From: Aquifex aeolicus VF5
GTDB taxonomy: Bacteria > Aquificota > Aquificia > Aquificales > Aquificaceae
DNA: 32,000 nt
Reading direction: 5' to 3'
Assembly: GCF_000008625.1 (NCBI RefSeq)
Contig: NC_000918.1
Coordinates: 180,001 to 212,000 of the forward strand
Shown here: positions 31,034 through 32,000 of the stretch, one piece after another
How the letters are laid out: the number at the start of each line of letters is the position of its first letter
Position numbering within the stretch: the stretch's first letter is position 1
Notes under the pieces: generated by a model
The model's input: the letters and a program-made list of their open reading frames with translations, nothing else
Database searches by the model: none
What the model was told of the DNA's origin: nothing
Position numbers and translations under genes: made by a program

Positions 31034-31816
31034 ATGTACACGCTCAGAGAACCCTACAAAGGCTACGAGGTCAAAGTAACGCTCCTGCCTATAGAGGATA
31101 TAGTAATCCCTCCCATACAGAGGGATTTATCGGAGACATTGATAAAGAAGTTAATGCTCAGCATAGAAAAAGTTGGATTTGTAGATCCCATACTCGTCGT
31201 TGAAGGAGAAGAAGGAAAGTACGAGGTGATAAACGGTCAGCACAGACTCAAGGCTGCGGAACTCCTCGGCATAAGGGAAATTCCCGCAATAATTCTGCCT
31301 CAGGAAACTAAAGACTACATAATATCCCTCAACGTTGAAAAGGCACCGAACTTAAAGGACAAGGCTCATCAGGCTTACGAGATATTCATGAAGTACCTTA
31401 AGGAAAATCCCGAAATGGAGGAAGTGGAGCTCGAAAACATGGTGGAAGAACCTTACTTCCTTACGGTTGGTTTCATTACTGACCGCTTCGGAGAAAAGAG
31501 GTTTCCCGCTTACGCCTTTGAAAAGGTTCTGAAAAAAGTAGACGAGTTTTTAGGTCTTCCCCTGGAGGAAGCGGAGAGGGAAAGGGAAAACAGGGCAAAC
31601 GTCCTGAGAGACGTCAGGGAAGTTATGGAGGAGAAGTATCAGGAACTCGGACTCACAAACGCCCTTCACAAGGAAGCGATAATTTCTAAAGCCTTCCAGT
31701 CCGTGTACGGAAAGAGAGTAAGGAAGGTAGATGACGACTTTTATACGGTATTTGAAAAGATAAAGGAAGCCATACCCAGAGTTTCCTTTACCGAAGAAGA
31801 GCTGGAAAGCTTTTAA
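31034..31816 (+). CDS. ParB/Spo0J N-terminal-like domain protein
   Basis: 260 aa. LPIEDIVIPPIQRDLSETLIKKLMLSIEKVGFVDPILVVEGEEGKYEVINGQHRLKAAELLGIREIPAII; SD-like AAGGAGTGG upstream. The C-terminus is not the usual ParB HTH arrangement. Confidence 0.8.
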   Translation: MYTLREPYKGYEVKVTLLPIEDIVIPPIQRDLSETLIKKLMLSIEKVGFVDPILVVEGEEGKYEVINGQHRLKAAELLGIREIPAIILPQETKDYIISLNVEKAPNLKDKAHQAYEIFMKYLKENPEMEEVELENMVEEPYFLTVGFITDRFGEKRFPAYAFEKVLKKVDEFLGLPLEEAERERENRANVLRDVREVMEEKYQELGLTNALHKEAIISKAFQSVYGKRVRKVDDDFYTVFEKIKEAIPRVSFTEEELESF

Positions 31817-32000
31817 AGAACGAATACTTCCGAGGTTATCTTTGGCTCTACTTCCTCTCCGAGTATTAACTTAATTAACCTCTCTAAATTCTGAGACCTG
31901 TCCGTAAAGTAAAGCTCAAGACTTCCGCTTCCTTCGTTTTTTACAAAGTCCTTTAAGGATTTCGCGGTTGCACGGGAGGAGTCTATCACATTCACACCTT
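31813..32000 (-). CDS. murI: Glutamate racemase, C-terminal fragment (5' part beyond window end)
   Basis: ...GVNVIDSSRATAKSLKDFVKNEGSGSLELYFTDRSQNLERLIKLILGEEVEPKITSEVFVL*, the typical MurI C-terminus (VIDSSxATA ... TDRxxxFxxLxxxxLG). The frame is open to the window edge. Confidence 0.8.
   Translation of the reverse strand, partial: GVNVIDSSRATAKSLKDFVKNEGSGSLELYFTDRSQNLERLIKLILGEEVEPKITSEVFVL

Overview
The window is densely packed bacterial chromosome. Its proteins look like those of a hyperthermophilic Aquificales bacterium, close to Aquifex aeolicus; this is inferred from recall of the proteins, with no database search. Almost all of it is protein coding. I see no rRNA, tRNA, CRISPR array or transposon. 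Recognisable genes are nth, miaB, smpB, comM/yifB, serS, glmS, ileS, mutS, trmI, mqnD, pgpA, a phoR/phoB-like pair, dnaA and the 3' end of murI. There is also a MacA/LolC/LolD-like export operon, a K+ channel with a small membrane partner, two TetR regulators, and a two-gene 'CoA activase / DUF2229' dehydratase-activator module. No complete new defence-type system is evident. The best non-routine signals are: (1) a VapBC-like locus whose PIN toxin gene carries a ~100-bp internal inversion, with the missing central part of the PIN domain readable on the opposite strand; (2) a 58-aa ORF with a strong Shine-Dalgarno directly upstream of the phoB-like gene; (3) a 10-bp perfect AATTATAATT palindrome centred in the 29-bp serS/glmS divergent gap, possibly a shared -10 for two near-leaderless transcripts; (4) a DnaA-box-like 9-mer just upstream of dnaA; (5) an 11-bp-phased CTTAA repeat upstream of the two-component genes; (6) a 30-aa CC-tailed membrane peptide ORF.
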